DNA of 64,000 nucleotides from Strigamia acuminata (Eukaryota): NCBI GenBank assembly GCA_949358305.1, contig OX442314.1, positions 2,914,001 to 2,978,000 of the forward strand, read 5' to 3'. Shown piece by piece: positions 52,966 to 64,000 of this stretch (position 1 is its first letter; each line of letters starts with the position of its first letter). The notes under the pieces were generated by a model. It saw only the letters and a program-made list of their open reading frames with translations, ran no database searches and was not told where the DNA came from. The position numbers and the translations under genes were made by a program.

Positions 52966-54663
52966 AAAAGAAAGAAAAAGCCCTCTGAATCGAATACGAC
53001 GGCGGATAATCTTGACGTGGACTTTGATGATATAAATATCAACTTCGAAGCTAATCACCTAGAAGTCCACGTACCCGTACGTTATGAGGAAATCGCGACT
53101 TTACCCGAAAGAAATGAATGGCGCCAAGCGATGAACGACGAGATTGGCACCATGCATGAGCGCGAAGTTTGGGAACTTGTTCCACCACCGCCCAACACTA
53201 AGATAGTGGGTTGCAGATGGATTTACACGACCAAACAGAACGACGAGGGGGAGATTGCACGTTATAAGGCGAGGCTTGTCGCGCAAGGTTTCTCCCAAGT
53301 CTACGGCGAATCGTATGAGGAGACATTCTCACCCGTGGTAGACTTTTCGATCGTGCGCTTTATGTTCACGCTGCTCGTCTGTATGCTCAAATGGTCGTAC
53401 ATTCAAGCCGACGTCAAGTGTGCGTACCTTTACGCAAAGTTGCATAAGACCGTCTACATGCGACAACCAAAAGGTTTCATCATTGAAGGCAAAGAAAACT
53501 ATGTCTGCAAGCTCCTTCGAGCCATATACGGACTGCACCAATCCGGGAGGGAATGGGGCATAGAACTGGAGGAAGCTTTATTGAAACTAGGACTTGAGCA
53601 CGTAAACTGGTGCAATTGCGTTTACAAATATGGCAGCGTTGCATATTTGATCGTGTACGTGGACGATATAGTCGTCTTTGGAAAACATCATGAAGATGCG
53701 ATGAAGGTTCTCGACATGATCGCAACTCGGTTTGACTTAGTCATACTTGGACAAACAAAGAAGTTGTTAGGCGTCGAATTTTATTCGTACAGGCAACAAA
53801 TGATTCTCCATCAAAAGTCGTACATCAACAAGGTCCTTTTGAAATTTAAGAACCATTTGGACTCTGTAAGAATTCGATCGCAACCAATGACTAAAGCTAC
53901 TATTCTCACGAAGCAAGGGTGTCCAACCACGATTGACGAGTTCAAGACCATGGAAGCAATTCCCTATCGAAGCCTACTTGGGTGTTTGGCGTTCATCGCG
54001 TCGAGGACGAGACCCGATTTGACGTACGCCGTAAACATCCTAAGTCAATTCCAATCGAACCCAGGCTGGGATCACTGGATTGCGCTACTAGACCTGCTTA
54101 GCTATTTGAGAACAACGAAAAATCATGGATTAATGCTGTTCCCAAACGATCGGATTGAAGTTATCGGATATAGCGACTCCGATTACGCTAACAACAGGGA
54201 CGACCGGATCTCCGTTGGAGGAACTCTTGTGACTTTGGGAACTACGCCCATTTATTGGAGGACCTTCAAACAACGGAATGTCACATTATCAACTATGGAG
54301 GCCGAATATGTGGCCCTTACAGAAACTGTTAAGGACTACATCTGGATTGTCCGGGTTCTACATGAAATCATCCCTGATTTGGCGGACAAATTTCCTCACC
54401 ATGTTCTATGCGACAATATTTCAACGGTGGATTTCACCAAATCCTGCGTTGAAAATAGAAAGACAAAACACATAGACGTGCGATACCATTTCATAAGAGA
54501 GCTCGTAAGAAGAGATAACCTCCATATCGTGCATGTGGGCACCAAATACAACCACGCGGACATCTTTACGAAGTCTGTTGACAAAGTTGATTTGCTGCGC
54601 TTTTGTGATCGGTTTCTGATTGATCTAAACCTCATAAGTGCTTGATAATACGAGGGGGCCGAT

Positions 54664-55001
54664 TGTTGGATATTGTAAACCTCTTGTATACATATTTATG
54701 TCGTCTCATCAAGCGACACTGTTGTTTACCATTGTTAATCTTAACCGATCATGTATTCTTATTTGCACTTACCTGCACGACTGGCTGCAGTACTATTTGT
54801 ATCATGTTGACATTTATTACTTTGTATTTCATCCACAAGGTGGCTCTGTATACCTGTGGGTCATGTGACTGCAGAGAATAAACTCACTCCATGTTCTGAT
54901 TCTCAACTGATGGCATCCCAAGTCATTTCTCCTCACAACATGTTTTTCCAAGTCACTGCACAATTCTGCAGCTTGTATTAATAGAAAGCTGTTCCACAAC
55001 A
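54664..55001 (+). repeat. 3' LTR of Copia element
   Basis: Direct repeat of 48550-48887. Confidence 0.96.
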
Positions 55002-55405
55002 TGCAGAAGCTCAATCTGGCGTCGAATCAGATGGGGGAGAAGTCGGCCGAGATTGCCGGCCAAATACTCCGGTTTAATCGCACGCTCACGGAACTGGATT
55101 TCTCCTTCAATCTCGATATAGGAATGGTAAATGAAAAATTGATTAATTAATTAATTAATTAATTAGTTAATTTTTTTCTAAATTTCCAAGGTGGGTGGTG
55201 TGGACATTTTCGAAAGACTCGAGAAGAACAGCACGCTCGTCAAGATGGATTTGCGCTGGTGCAATTGCGGCCGCGAAACTGAATATTACGTTGATCAACT
55301 TTTGAAGAACAACCGCAATAAATGTCATTGAAAAAAATTCAAAGAAATAAAAATAAAAATTTCTCTCTCCTATTTTTCTCTTTATTTGTTTGTTTTATTT
55401 TATTA

Positions 55406-56545
55406 CTAGTTTTACCTGGCCACGCGTTGCTGTGGCTCAGTTCCAACGTAGAGGAATCTCGAGGAAATAAATCCCGTGGAAATGAATCTCGTGGAAATGA
55501 ATCCCGTGGAAATAAATCCCGAGGATATAAATTCCAAGGAAATAAATCCCGTGGAAGTCAAGTTAAATAAAAGCTTTCAATAAAAGCCTTTAATCTGACT
55601 TCAATAAAAGCCTTTAAAAACCAAAAAATTCGTAATTGTAGCTAAAAAAATGGAAAGGAATCGTATAATTTTTTAGTGATCGATGGAGTGGGGCTTCTGT
55701 AATCTTCAGATAATTTTATACTCTACAATAGATTGATTTTTAATTTTTTTAATAGATTTTGACATTTTTTTTTTACATTTTTTTTAATTTGTTGGTTTTA
55801 TGTATTTAATTTTTTTCAAATCAATCACAAAATGTACTTCCAAGTTTTAGCATTAGGTTTTATGTAGTTTTTTCAAGAATTGTGTTTTTTTATTTCTGTG
55901 TGACATCATAATAATGTCATTCCAAACACTGTCATTGTTGGATACTAGGGATGAGAACGGGACCAATTTTTGAGTCCCGTCCCGTCCCGTGTCCCGAAAA
56001 TTTGAATTTTTCGGGTCCCGTCCCGTCCCGTGTCCCGAAAATTTTTATTTTTGGGTCCCGTCCCGTCTCGTGTCCCGAAATTTTAAATTTTTCGGGTCCC
56101 GAATCGTCCCGTGTCCCGAAGTTTTCACTTTTTCCGGGCCCAAAAAACACGCGTATTATGTAAAATACGCATTTTATGTCGTAATACACACGTATTACGT
56201 CATAATACACCTGTTTCACGACGTAATACACACGTTTTACGTCTTATTACGGCGAATTACGTAATACACACGTAATATACAAGTCCCGTCCCGTCCCGAA
56301 TCCCGTGGAATATCGTTTCACCCAGTCCCGTCCCGAATCCCGTGGAGTACGTTTCACCCAGTCCCGTCCTGTCCCGAATCCCGCTACGGGACCGGGACGG
56401 GACCGGGACCATTCCCGGTCCCGTTCTCATCCCTAGTAGATACACCTTAAATGACGTCATATACAGAATTTTGTTGTTTCCCTGATTTTGAAGCAAGGCA
56501 GTGGCGCAAAGAGCAATCCCTTAAAATCAACAAAATTGTTATAGA
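55406..56545 (-). mobile_element. Non-autonomous Helitron
   Basis: The minus strand ends GCCACAGCAACGCGTGGC (hairpin)-CAGGTAAAA-CTAG|T at 55406. Candidate 5' end A|TCTATAACAA at 56545. Internal 15-bp tandem repeat (ggaaat(g/a)aatc(c/t)cgt) at ~55455-55556. The 5' end is less certain. Confidence 0.65.
55946..56435. mobile_element. hAT-like MITE nested in the Helitron
   Basis: TIRs TAGGGATGAGAACGGGACC / GGTCCCGTTCTCATCCCTA; degenerate 8-bp flanks TTGGATAC / GTAGATAC; subterminal (GTCCC)n motifs. Confidence 0.8.
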
Positions 56546-57471
56546 TATAAAATTTTTGACTGAAAATTTGATAATTACGTATAAAAATACATAATATAAA
56601 GTTCTGTTCTATTTTTCATGCGTGTACCAAACGATCATTTGTTTACCTTTTGTCATTTTTTGATGAGCTAAAAGGAAAAAGAAATTTTTTATACAATTTT
56701 AAAAATTTTTGGATTCGAAAAAAAAAATATGTCAATATCACATAAAAAAATCATTTTGAACCATCATGAATCATGGAGATTGAATTCAAAAGTAGTGGGT
56801 AAACAAACAAATTTTAAAAAAAAAAAAAATTTAATTTTTAAATCCGTTTATTTTTTATATATATTTAGAAAATGCATGAAATTTCAGAAAGAAAATCCCG
56901 TTTGCTTTCGAGGAAAAAAATATACACTTTTGGAGGTCAAAATCAACCCTATAAAAATAATTGAGATTGAATTCAAAAGTTGTGGGTACCAGTAATCAAA
57001 GAAATTTCGTTACACCACAACATACAGATTGTCACTATTTTATTTATAAAAAAAAACATCTATCTCTACTCGCACTTTCCAATTGATAATAAAGTGATTA
57101 AATCACTTTTATATTACCGTTTTATTTCGTTCTTAGCTAAATTTCTAACTATTTTCGATTTTCAATAATTTTTCTTTAATTTTCACTATTTTTGCTTAAT
57201 TCTAGATAAATTTATATATATTATATATAAAATCGTATACATAAAATATTTTATCTTTACATTGCTTATAAATTTTATTCCTCATTTAATTGCCTAATAA
57301 GCTTTACCTAATTAGCTTTCATTGTAAACGATCAAATAGGGTAAAAATATAATTAAGCAGGTGCTGTCGTCGTAAACTGGACTCAAATTGTATGTAAGAT
57401 CATGCAATTTGACAGTTAATACCAAATAAAATTGAAATCTCTCAATTTACCATCAACATCCAGCTCTGAAA

Positions 57472-57997
57472 ATGAAAGCAACCGTTTTGACTTTGCTGTT
57501 TTTATTCCTCGCTGTGTCAGTCGTGATACTGTAAGTATTAGCATTTCTAGACATTGAACAAAACTCAGTAATCATTTTCGTTAAAGTGTGGCCAATGCTG
57601 AAGATGAAGACTGTATCGGTGAGGGAAACGATTGCGTAAACGGGAGGCATTTTGGCCAAGAACGCCAGATTTTGGCCAGGAGTGACTAATGACTCAATAA
57701 CTTGAAAATCAACATCCAACCTAACCTGAACCGACCTAACCTAACCTAACCTAACTGAGTCACACAAAGAAAAACCCATCAAAATAAACCAAACTAGCAA
57801 GCAAACAGATGATAAATTCAAAATTTTAAAGCAGAATTATGATTTTCAAGTTATTGAATCATTAGTCACTCCTGGTGCATTGTTGTAGCCGAAATCGGGT
57901 ATGTTCTGCCAATACGCAAACGGCGGTAATAAACCATGCTGCGCAGGCTTCCAATCGCAGTATAAATAAATTGCGACAGTGCAAAAAAATACCGTAA
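57472..57997 (+). pseudogene. Small secreted cysteine-rich peptide gene, possibly disrupted (knottin/toxin/defensin-like)
   Basis: ATG at 57472 gives MKATVLTLLFLFLAVSVVIL, then a GTAAGT donor at 57531 and a 56-bp intron ending ttaaag at 57586. The frame continues VANA-EDEDCIGEGNDC. Cys-rich readings continue after the inverted-repeat element (HCCSRNRVC...QCKKIP* or MFCQYANGGNKPCCAGFQ). The 3' structure is unresolved. Confidence 0.5.
57676..57875. mobile_element. MITE-like element with ~36-bp inverted repeats and an internal (CCTAA)n run
   Basis: CCAGGAGTGACTAATGACTCAATAACTTGAAAATCA ... TGATTTTCAAGTTATTGAATCATTAGTCACTCCTGG; no clean TSD directly at the ends. Confidence 0.7.
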
Positions 57998-58152
57998 ATT
58001 GGAAATCTAATTCGACATTTTTCAAATTTTGTTGTCCATTAAAAAATAACCTTTCCCCAGCAATCTTGCTCGTTTATTCATTACACTTAATCCTATTTAA
58101 CTACGGTTCGGCGGCGCCCTAATTTTTTATCAAGTCAAATAGTAGTTGTGAC

Positions 58153-58228
58153 GGGTCACTACAAAACACGGGGTACACCCCAAATGGGGTACCCCAATTG
58201 GGGTGTACCCCGTGTTTTGTAGTGACCC
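58153..58228. mobile_element. 76-bp palindromic mini-MITE with 9-bp TSD (Mutator-like)
   Basis: GGGTCACTACAAAACACGGGGTACACCCCAA...TTGGGGTGTACCCCGTGTTTTGTAGTGACCC, flanked by AGTTGTGAC on both sides (58144-58152; 58229-58237). Confidence 0.9.
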
Positions 58229-58641
58229 AGTTGTGACGGGAAAACCCAGCGTCATAAACATTACGTCACGGTGATGTAATGTGCATTCAATATTCGGCCA
58301 TATTTTTCCAGGCTTCTACTGTGGAGCCGTTGTTGTGCATTAATGCAGCAATACCAACATTTGAAACCGAACGAACAATTGTAGTTGGTTTTTAAATTTT
58401 ATTTTCATCACACGAAAACAAAATGTGGCATGTCGATCGTTTTTTCGTCGTACCATAAGTTGGATTGTACTAATTTGATGGTGCTCTACAACTTTAGAAT
58501 TGGAAATTTTGTTGTATCTTAAACTGTTTAAAAGTTAAAAGGTGAATGACCTTGAAGATGACCTTCCGGGTCAAATTTAAGGTCACCACTGGATAGACCA
58601 CCATCGACTTATGGGCAGATAGGAATTTTTGTTTTAACCAG

Positions 58642-59707
58642 TGTCGTGATTCGACTTTAGTGGATGAGAAATACAAATATTTTGTCGGGACAAATAATAC
58701 ACTTTATTAAACAAGTACGAAATATTTGATACAATGGATAAATGTATTATTGTTGGTCTCGGATCCTGTTGCGAATACGAGTCGTTGCTGAAACAATCAG
58801 CCCTTGATTGTTCAGACTTACACGTGGCTTATATTGTCTGTTGTCTAGGGTTATATTTTCTGCTCTTTGCGAATCGAGTCAGTCTCAATTCGATTAGCAG
58901 TTTGGATATGAAATCAAACGAAGCCCACTTCGTTTGGAACACGTGGCGCACGTGTTACTTATCGCCAAAGTGGTCGGTTGAATCCAAATTGAATCCGTTT
59001 GGAATTTCGGTCGAGTTAGTCTCAACTTCGTTCCGTGCGCGTGGTGCGCGAGATTCTTTCGCCAATACGTTTGGTCAGTCCAAACTAGAGGAAATCGTTG
59101 CGTGTACGTGTGTTCTGCGAAACACGTGGCGTACGTATTTTCCTTCGGCGATCGATCGGCGATTTAGGCCCGAAGTCGTGTTCGGTTAACACGTGCTTCG
59201 TCAATTCGCTTCGTGCGAATCAACGATAAATTCGTTCGGAATATTTATTCCAACGTGGTCTGACCACGTCAAATAAATGTGATTGTCTGCTTACAGTTAG
59301 TATGGTCAACGGCCTGAAAGGTGAGGAAATTGGTGCTCTTGCTGAAATCTGGTTACTGTAGTGTCATTTCCGGTCAAGCCTCGGTCTTATATACTGACCG
59401 GAAGTGACGCAATATGTAGATTATTCTGATTATTCAGATCCGCAGAAATACGAGACTAGTCAATCTAGTCTATTTCTGGTAGCGCTCCTGGCAGTCAAAC
59501 TCATTAACACGATAAATCCCATCGATTTATCTTCAGGTGATCCGGAATCACCACACGTCCCTCCCCTAGAATAAACATCGGGACCAAACCAACGTTGGAA
59601 GATTGGCAAAGAAAACTATTTATTTTATGAAATAATTTACCTCTGAATAAACTTTTTGTGATGAATTTCAAATGAGAACGAGATATAATCAAATTTTTAA
59701 AATAGGT
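58642..59707 (-). mobile_element. 3' LTR (58642-59555), polypurine tract and a short internal remnant of a minus-strand LTR retrotransposon
   Basis: Imperfect terminal inverted ends TGTCGTGATTC / GAATCACCACA. Minus-strand AGGGGAGGGACG immediately precedes the LTR. Minus-strand TATA near 59390 and AATAAA near 58705. Confidence 0.55.
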
Positions 59708-62308
59708 TGTGACGGTGACGACCACAACTTCCTAGCTCTACTAGTACCGGGTATAAGTCGCATAAACAGTGAATATATTGGAGATAAATACAAGACAAAG
59801 ATGGCTCTCAAAACAACTACATTTATTGTTACCAAACAATATGATCGCTACTAAAGTTATACATGCGATTAAGCCGACATTTGGCCAGTTAAAAGTATAA
59901 TTAAACTATACAAAAGTTGGCTGTAAAACAGCCCTGAAATAATATCAATGCGTATCCTGGATTCGGGAATGGTCTGGTCACCACTCGACCGGGTTTACAG
60001 ATGTCATCGGGGCCGGTCTGGCTGCGTCCTCGAGTCCGGGATGGCTTCGTGATCCTCGTGGCTTCTGTCGGTGTTGTTAAGCGTAACTGGGTTCGTGTAA
60101 TGCTTCGCTGGGTTGATAGATCAGTTGATCCGAGAGGTGCGGTTGACTCATGTGCACCGCCACAACTTTGGGAGGATATTGGTTTAAGTAAATGGATTCA
60201 TTTACTTATCAATATTCCGACTTCGAATTATATTTAATTCGAGATGTTGTGATTTTATTTAGATGTTCCGCTTTAACAATTGTTGCCAAATTGTTGTTAC
60301 ATTGGGTTCAATGTAATGTAACTAAGTCTTCTTGACTTAATTGTTTAACTTGTATCCAAGTTAATATTGTTCTGTTGATAAAGTAATAATGATTAGGCTT
60401 CCCGTCGCAATCACGCAGTTGCCATCGATAAACACGCTTTGCCATGCAGAACTGTATCAAGCGTCTCCGGCGCAGCAGCACGGTCGTCCATCGAGTGGTT
60501 GACGGTACCACATACACCGGGGGTTATAGCTCGCGGCTCCGCACAGCAGTTTAGCCCTTCGTGGTACTAATGACAAGCTGACTGCTTTGGCTCCGCTCAT
60601 CATGGGAATTAGTTTACCAAACACTTGGTGCTACTCGTGGTTACTGTCAAACAGACTGCTTTGGCACCAACAGGCGATGGAACCAACTCCCAATAATAAT
60701 TGGCGCTACTTGCGGTTACAGAATGCTTTCGTACCGCAAATGACCATTCTGTCCTGCCAGGAGGATACTGAATTGCATAGAAGCGGGTTCTCCTCGGCGA
60801 GACCGTTGATTGAACATTAGAATCCAACTTAAAACCTTCAATCGGTTAAATGTATTGTTCGGCAGAACAATGCGCGGTTTCAAGCGATTAAACCATCAAC
60901 AAGAAACCAAATAATTCATACTAAATACCGTACGAAACATATACCAAATGCCGTATAAAACATATACCAAATACCGTATAAAAACATATACGAATACCGT
61001 ATAAATGCTGTATAAACATATACCAAATGCCTTGAATACAAGAACTACGAGTTGACTTATAACTAAGAACTGTGACTGTGTGTGATTTGACTGATTACTG
61101 AACTTCTTCTCTTACTTACTGACCGATTGTCGAGGAATATATATCGTATTGGATTAAGGGATTTTATCACTTATCCAATTGGAACAATGGTTCCAGGAAT
61201 CCCGCCAATCCCGTGATACCGGAAGTGGATACGGAGGAGCACAGACGGATTATGCAAATTACTTGGCACAACCGGAACTGGATACCCAGGACCGGAAATG
61301 GATTCCACCAATCAAATTGATCGGTTGATCGATTGATCACCAAATGTCCTGTCCCGCAGAAACTGATGTTAAACTGTATTTAACATTAATAAACATTAAT
61401 ATATCTTTATATTAAATGTTCACAAAGCTTCGTTTTACTCCAATAAATATAGGTTTATATTTATTCACACATTCTTTATTTATATCTTGAATTTACCGCT
61501 AAATCGTAATCGCGCCATCTTGTGGCAACATCGCGCATTGACAAATGCGGGTTTAGCAGACGACTCTTCGTAATTCGGCCGTGATATACTTATATCATGT
61601 AGTGAATGTTATTTAACATTCACTAATACAACATCTTTTGCTTTGAAACCTTATAAATAGCTTTATTTAGGAATTATATCCATTTTACACAGAATACTGC
61701 AAAAATACCGTCATAATGACATAACAGCGCTTTTCCGGAGAAAATAGGCATTTATAGCCATTGTAAACCGTCACACATCCCCCTTAAAAACACTACTATA
61801 TAAAACTTATAGAGTTTTGTTTTTCTCCTAATTAATATAAATGCTGTTTTCGGGCTTGTTATATCTTGAGATGATGTGACCTCCACCTCGGAATTGAGTT
61901 TTACGTAATACCAATTAATTTATCTAAGTTCTAGATTTCTGCCTGAAATAACTTTTCTAAATAACACGAATTCAAGTTGAGAATTTATTTTCTAGTCTTC
62001 TTTTGAAGAAACCTTCGTCATACATAAAATCATCTTTTGTAATATCACAAAATTTATTTCATGTGTCTAGTCAAATGTATCGCTATAAATATATAATAAT
62101 AGATTCAAACTTTGGAATTCTTTGTATCATTTGACTAATTTAATTAAACTAGTTGCTTTAATAATGCAGCATTACATTTCCCAAGATTTTATATTAATTC
62201 TAACTTTTATATTTTGTCCCCCTTTTCTTTAGAAACGAGGTCATGATTCATAGAGAAAGAATGTTTCTGTTACTCTATAATGGGAGATCTTTTGATCTGA
62301 TGAATTCC

Positions 62309-62737
62309 CTACATTTTGTGTCGAGAAAGCTTCTCAAATAAGTCGGATATAGACTTATTAATAACCGTTGTTATTCTGGTTTCCATTTCTGTAAGCCGTT
62401 GTTCTAACACTTCGATGGTGACCCAATTTTGTCGGGGTCGTTTAAATGAGTCTTTTGACACATTTGAATAATCAAAATTCTTATTCTGGTCATTAAATTT
62501 TCGTTTAGTCCAGGTGGGACAATCTTTTTTAGTATGTCCCGGTTGTTTACAATGAAAACATTTGCGGACGTACGTGAAGGTTGCATTCTGTGAATTTGTA
62601 GCTTCAGGAACAGAAAGGCGTATGCCATTTTCACCACATATGAATTTGTTGGTCTGATGGCTAGTTGAATTAATATTAGATCGACTAGGCCAGTTTTCTT
62701 CAAACACCATGTGAGAATGATAAAGACAACCGATCAA
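62309..62737 (-). CDS. CCHC zinc-knuckle ORF within the LTR element
   Basis: CFHCKQPGHTKKDC followed by a coiled-coil-like segment (IEVLEQRLTEMETRI). Confidence 0.5.
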   Translation of the reverse strand: MIGCLYHSHMVFEENWPSRSNINSTSHQTNKFICGENGIRLSVPEATNSQNATFTYVRKCFHCKQPGHTKKDCPTWTKRKFNDQNKNFDYSNVSKDSFKRPRQNWVTIEVLEQRLTEMETRITTVINKSISDLFEKLSRHKM

Positions 62738-62774
62738 GATGATTGTCTAAACTAGACTGATTTATTCATAAAAC

Positions 62775-64000
62775 CTAGAACCAATCATACAAAAGATAGA
62801 ACAAGTCTCGAAATGACCCCCAGGGGGAGCTATCGCTCACACGACCCCCCTTTTTGGGTTGTCGCCCTCGACAACAAAACAAAAAATTCAACAATTTCGA
62901 TACAATGCGATTTTCTAATGCACAACAAGCCTCCGATAACTCCTCGCTCATCTTTGTCGAGTCCGTCTCTCCCGTCAAAGTCTCTTTTTGTTCTTCGGCA
63001 AAATATCTCTTAAGCTCCAGGTCCTCCAGCCAGCCCGGCTCCAAATTTTCTCGTACAATCTTGCCCTTGTGACTCGATTCGTCTTCATTTTCATTCGCCT
63101 CATTCTTATCGTGTTCCTCGCCTTTCTCGTCGTGTTCCTCACCATATTTCGCGTCAACTTCATTGAACCCCGAAACCGTTTCGTCGAATTTTGATCTGTC
63201 CTCTCTCAAATTCACATTTTCTACGATCGCAACTAGCTCGATTTTCGTAACGTCAAGTTCTAAGTTCTCCTTCCCGCATTCCACGCCAAGATCGTCGTCG
63301 TTTTCAACAAATTCTTCGTCGTTGTTGTCAAAAATGCCATTTTCGTTTTCAACTTGATCGTTTTTTTCAAATTCGTCAACTTCTCCGTCCTTGTCGTCGT
63401 CTGCTACGTCCAAAATCTTGTCATATTCCACGACCAGTGACAAACACACGTTTTCTCGGTTCGCCTCTTTCTCGAATATTGCGCAACCAACAGTCCGAAC
63501 CTTGCTGCGATCTCTTGAAACATTCATGTCGCCATTCGGTTCCAAAATCAGCCTCAGACCTTCTTGCCTACGCCAGTCTGTGCCTACGATGATAGGAAAA
63601 GGTAAACCTGACGACACTGCTACATTCCTCATTCTCGATTGAATATCGCCAATACGAAACGAAATGTCGAGAAATCCATCGATCTCCAACGGGCCATTGA
63701 CGGAATGAAAACTGGCCCCCGATCTATTCGCTCTTAATCATCTCCGGTTTCCTCGTCTTGACAACACAAGCTATAACCTTCTCCGGCGTTTTCTCCGTCG
63801 TAACTGCTCCCGCACTTGCCAACAAACAGTCGAAAGACACGTGTCCGATCTTACCGCACTTAAAACACGTGAGAGTAGATTTATCCATCCCGTATCTATA
63901 TTGCACGTGACGTTGTGAGTTCTTGTTCGTCGACGCCGCCGAAAATGCTTCCTTCGTCGATTCCCTCACCACGTCCTCCGCTGCTCGTTTAACTTCGACG
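62775..64000 (-). pseudogene. gag C-terminus and aspartic-protease-like remnant with a long acidic tail
   Basis: CFKCGKIGHVSFDC in ORF 63724-63972. ORF 62775-63689 has VSSGLPFPIIVGTDW, resembling the retroviral protease I(L/V)G.DW motif. The two are separated by a stop and no catalytic DTG/DSG was seen. Confidence 0.55.

Larger units (their letters stand above)
49683..54645 (+). pseudogene. Copia gag-pol polyprotein (~1489 aa when 51408-51900 is removed), interrupted in the integrase
   Basis: CCHC knuckle CFRCNKQGHWARDC; protease WIYDTGATGH; WHERLGH..CDVC; integrase LHMDVCG / GNRYF|LTITDDFSRY / IRTDNGMEF / QNGVSER; RT YKARLVAQG and YVDD; RNase H YSDSD, STMEAEY, TKHIDVRYHF. The two halves join in frame. 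Confidence 0.95.
48550..55001 (+). mobile_element. Full-length Ty1/Copia LTR retrotransposon (CopiaMBD-like)
   Basis: 338-bp TG..CA LTRs at 48550-48887 and 54664-55001, identical by eye. TSD TGCAG (48545-48549; 55002-55006). Copia-type PBS GGTTATGGGCC after the 5' LTR; purine tract GAGGGGG before the 3' LTR. Domain order gag-PR-INT-RT-RH. Confidence 0.97.
47112..55331 (+). pseudogene. TCTE1: Terminal 13th TCTE1/DRC5-like copy, diverged and disrupted by a Copia insertion; exons 47112-47174, ~47686-48549 + 55007-55126, 55191-55331
   Basis: The ORF breaks at ...NKGLQ (48549) and resumes as KLNLASNQ after 55006. Several amino-acid changes relative to the array (K>R, S>A, V>I, C>F, G>R, E>K). Confidence 0.9.
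59708..64000 (-). mobile_element. Minus-strand Gypsy-like LTR element, degenerate or non-autonomous; 3' LTR 59708-61775; continues beyond right edge
   Basis: TGTGACGG (59708)...CCGTCACA (61775) ends, with minus-strand PPT AAGGGGGATG adjacent. Upstream ORFs contain CCHC knuckles and a protease-like C-terminal motif. Confidence 0.7.

Noticed and set aside
55932..56496. Several GTGP/SRPV-repeat ORFs
   Set aside because: They arise from the (GTCCC)n subterminal motifs of the hAT-like MITE.

Overview
Eukaryotic (probably arthropod) genomic DNA. Positions 1 to ~44390 are a head-to-tail tandem array of a ~3671-bp unit. Each unit carries an intact spliced gene for an LRR protein I recognise as dynein regulatory complex subunit 5 (TCTE1/DRC5), plus several minisatellites including a TTAGG-rich block. 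There are 12 near-identical intact copies, and the array runs off the left edge. A 13th, more diverged terminal copy (47112-55331) has a 2.5-kb foldback-type DNA element upstream. Its GC/CpG-rich main exon is interrupted by a young Ty1/Copia retrotransposon (identical 338-bp LTRs, TGCAG target duplication). That element's polyprotein contains a methyl-CpG-binding-domain-like segment, and its integrase is split by a nested solo LTR. The right end holds a non-autonomous Helitron with a nested hAT-like MITE, a small secreted cysteine-rich peptide gene or pseudogene, a 76-bp palindromic MITE and two nested minus-strand LTR elements. All protein identifications are by eye from remembered family motifs; no searches were run.
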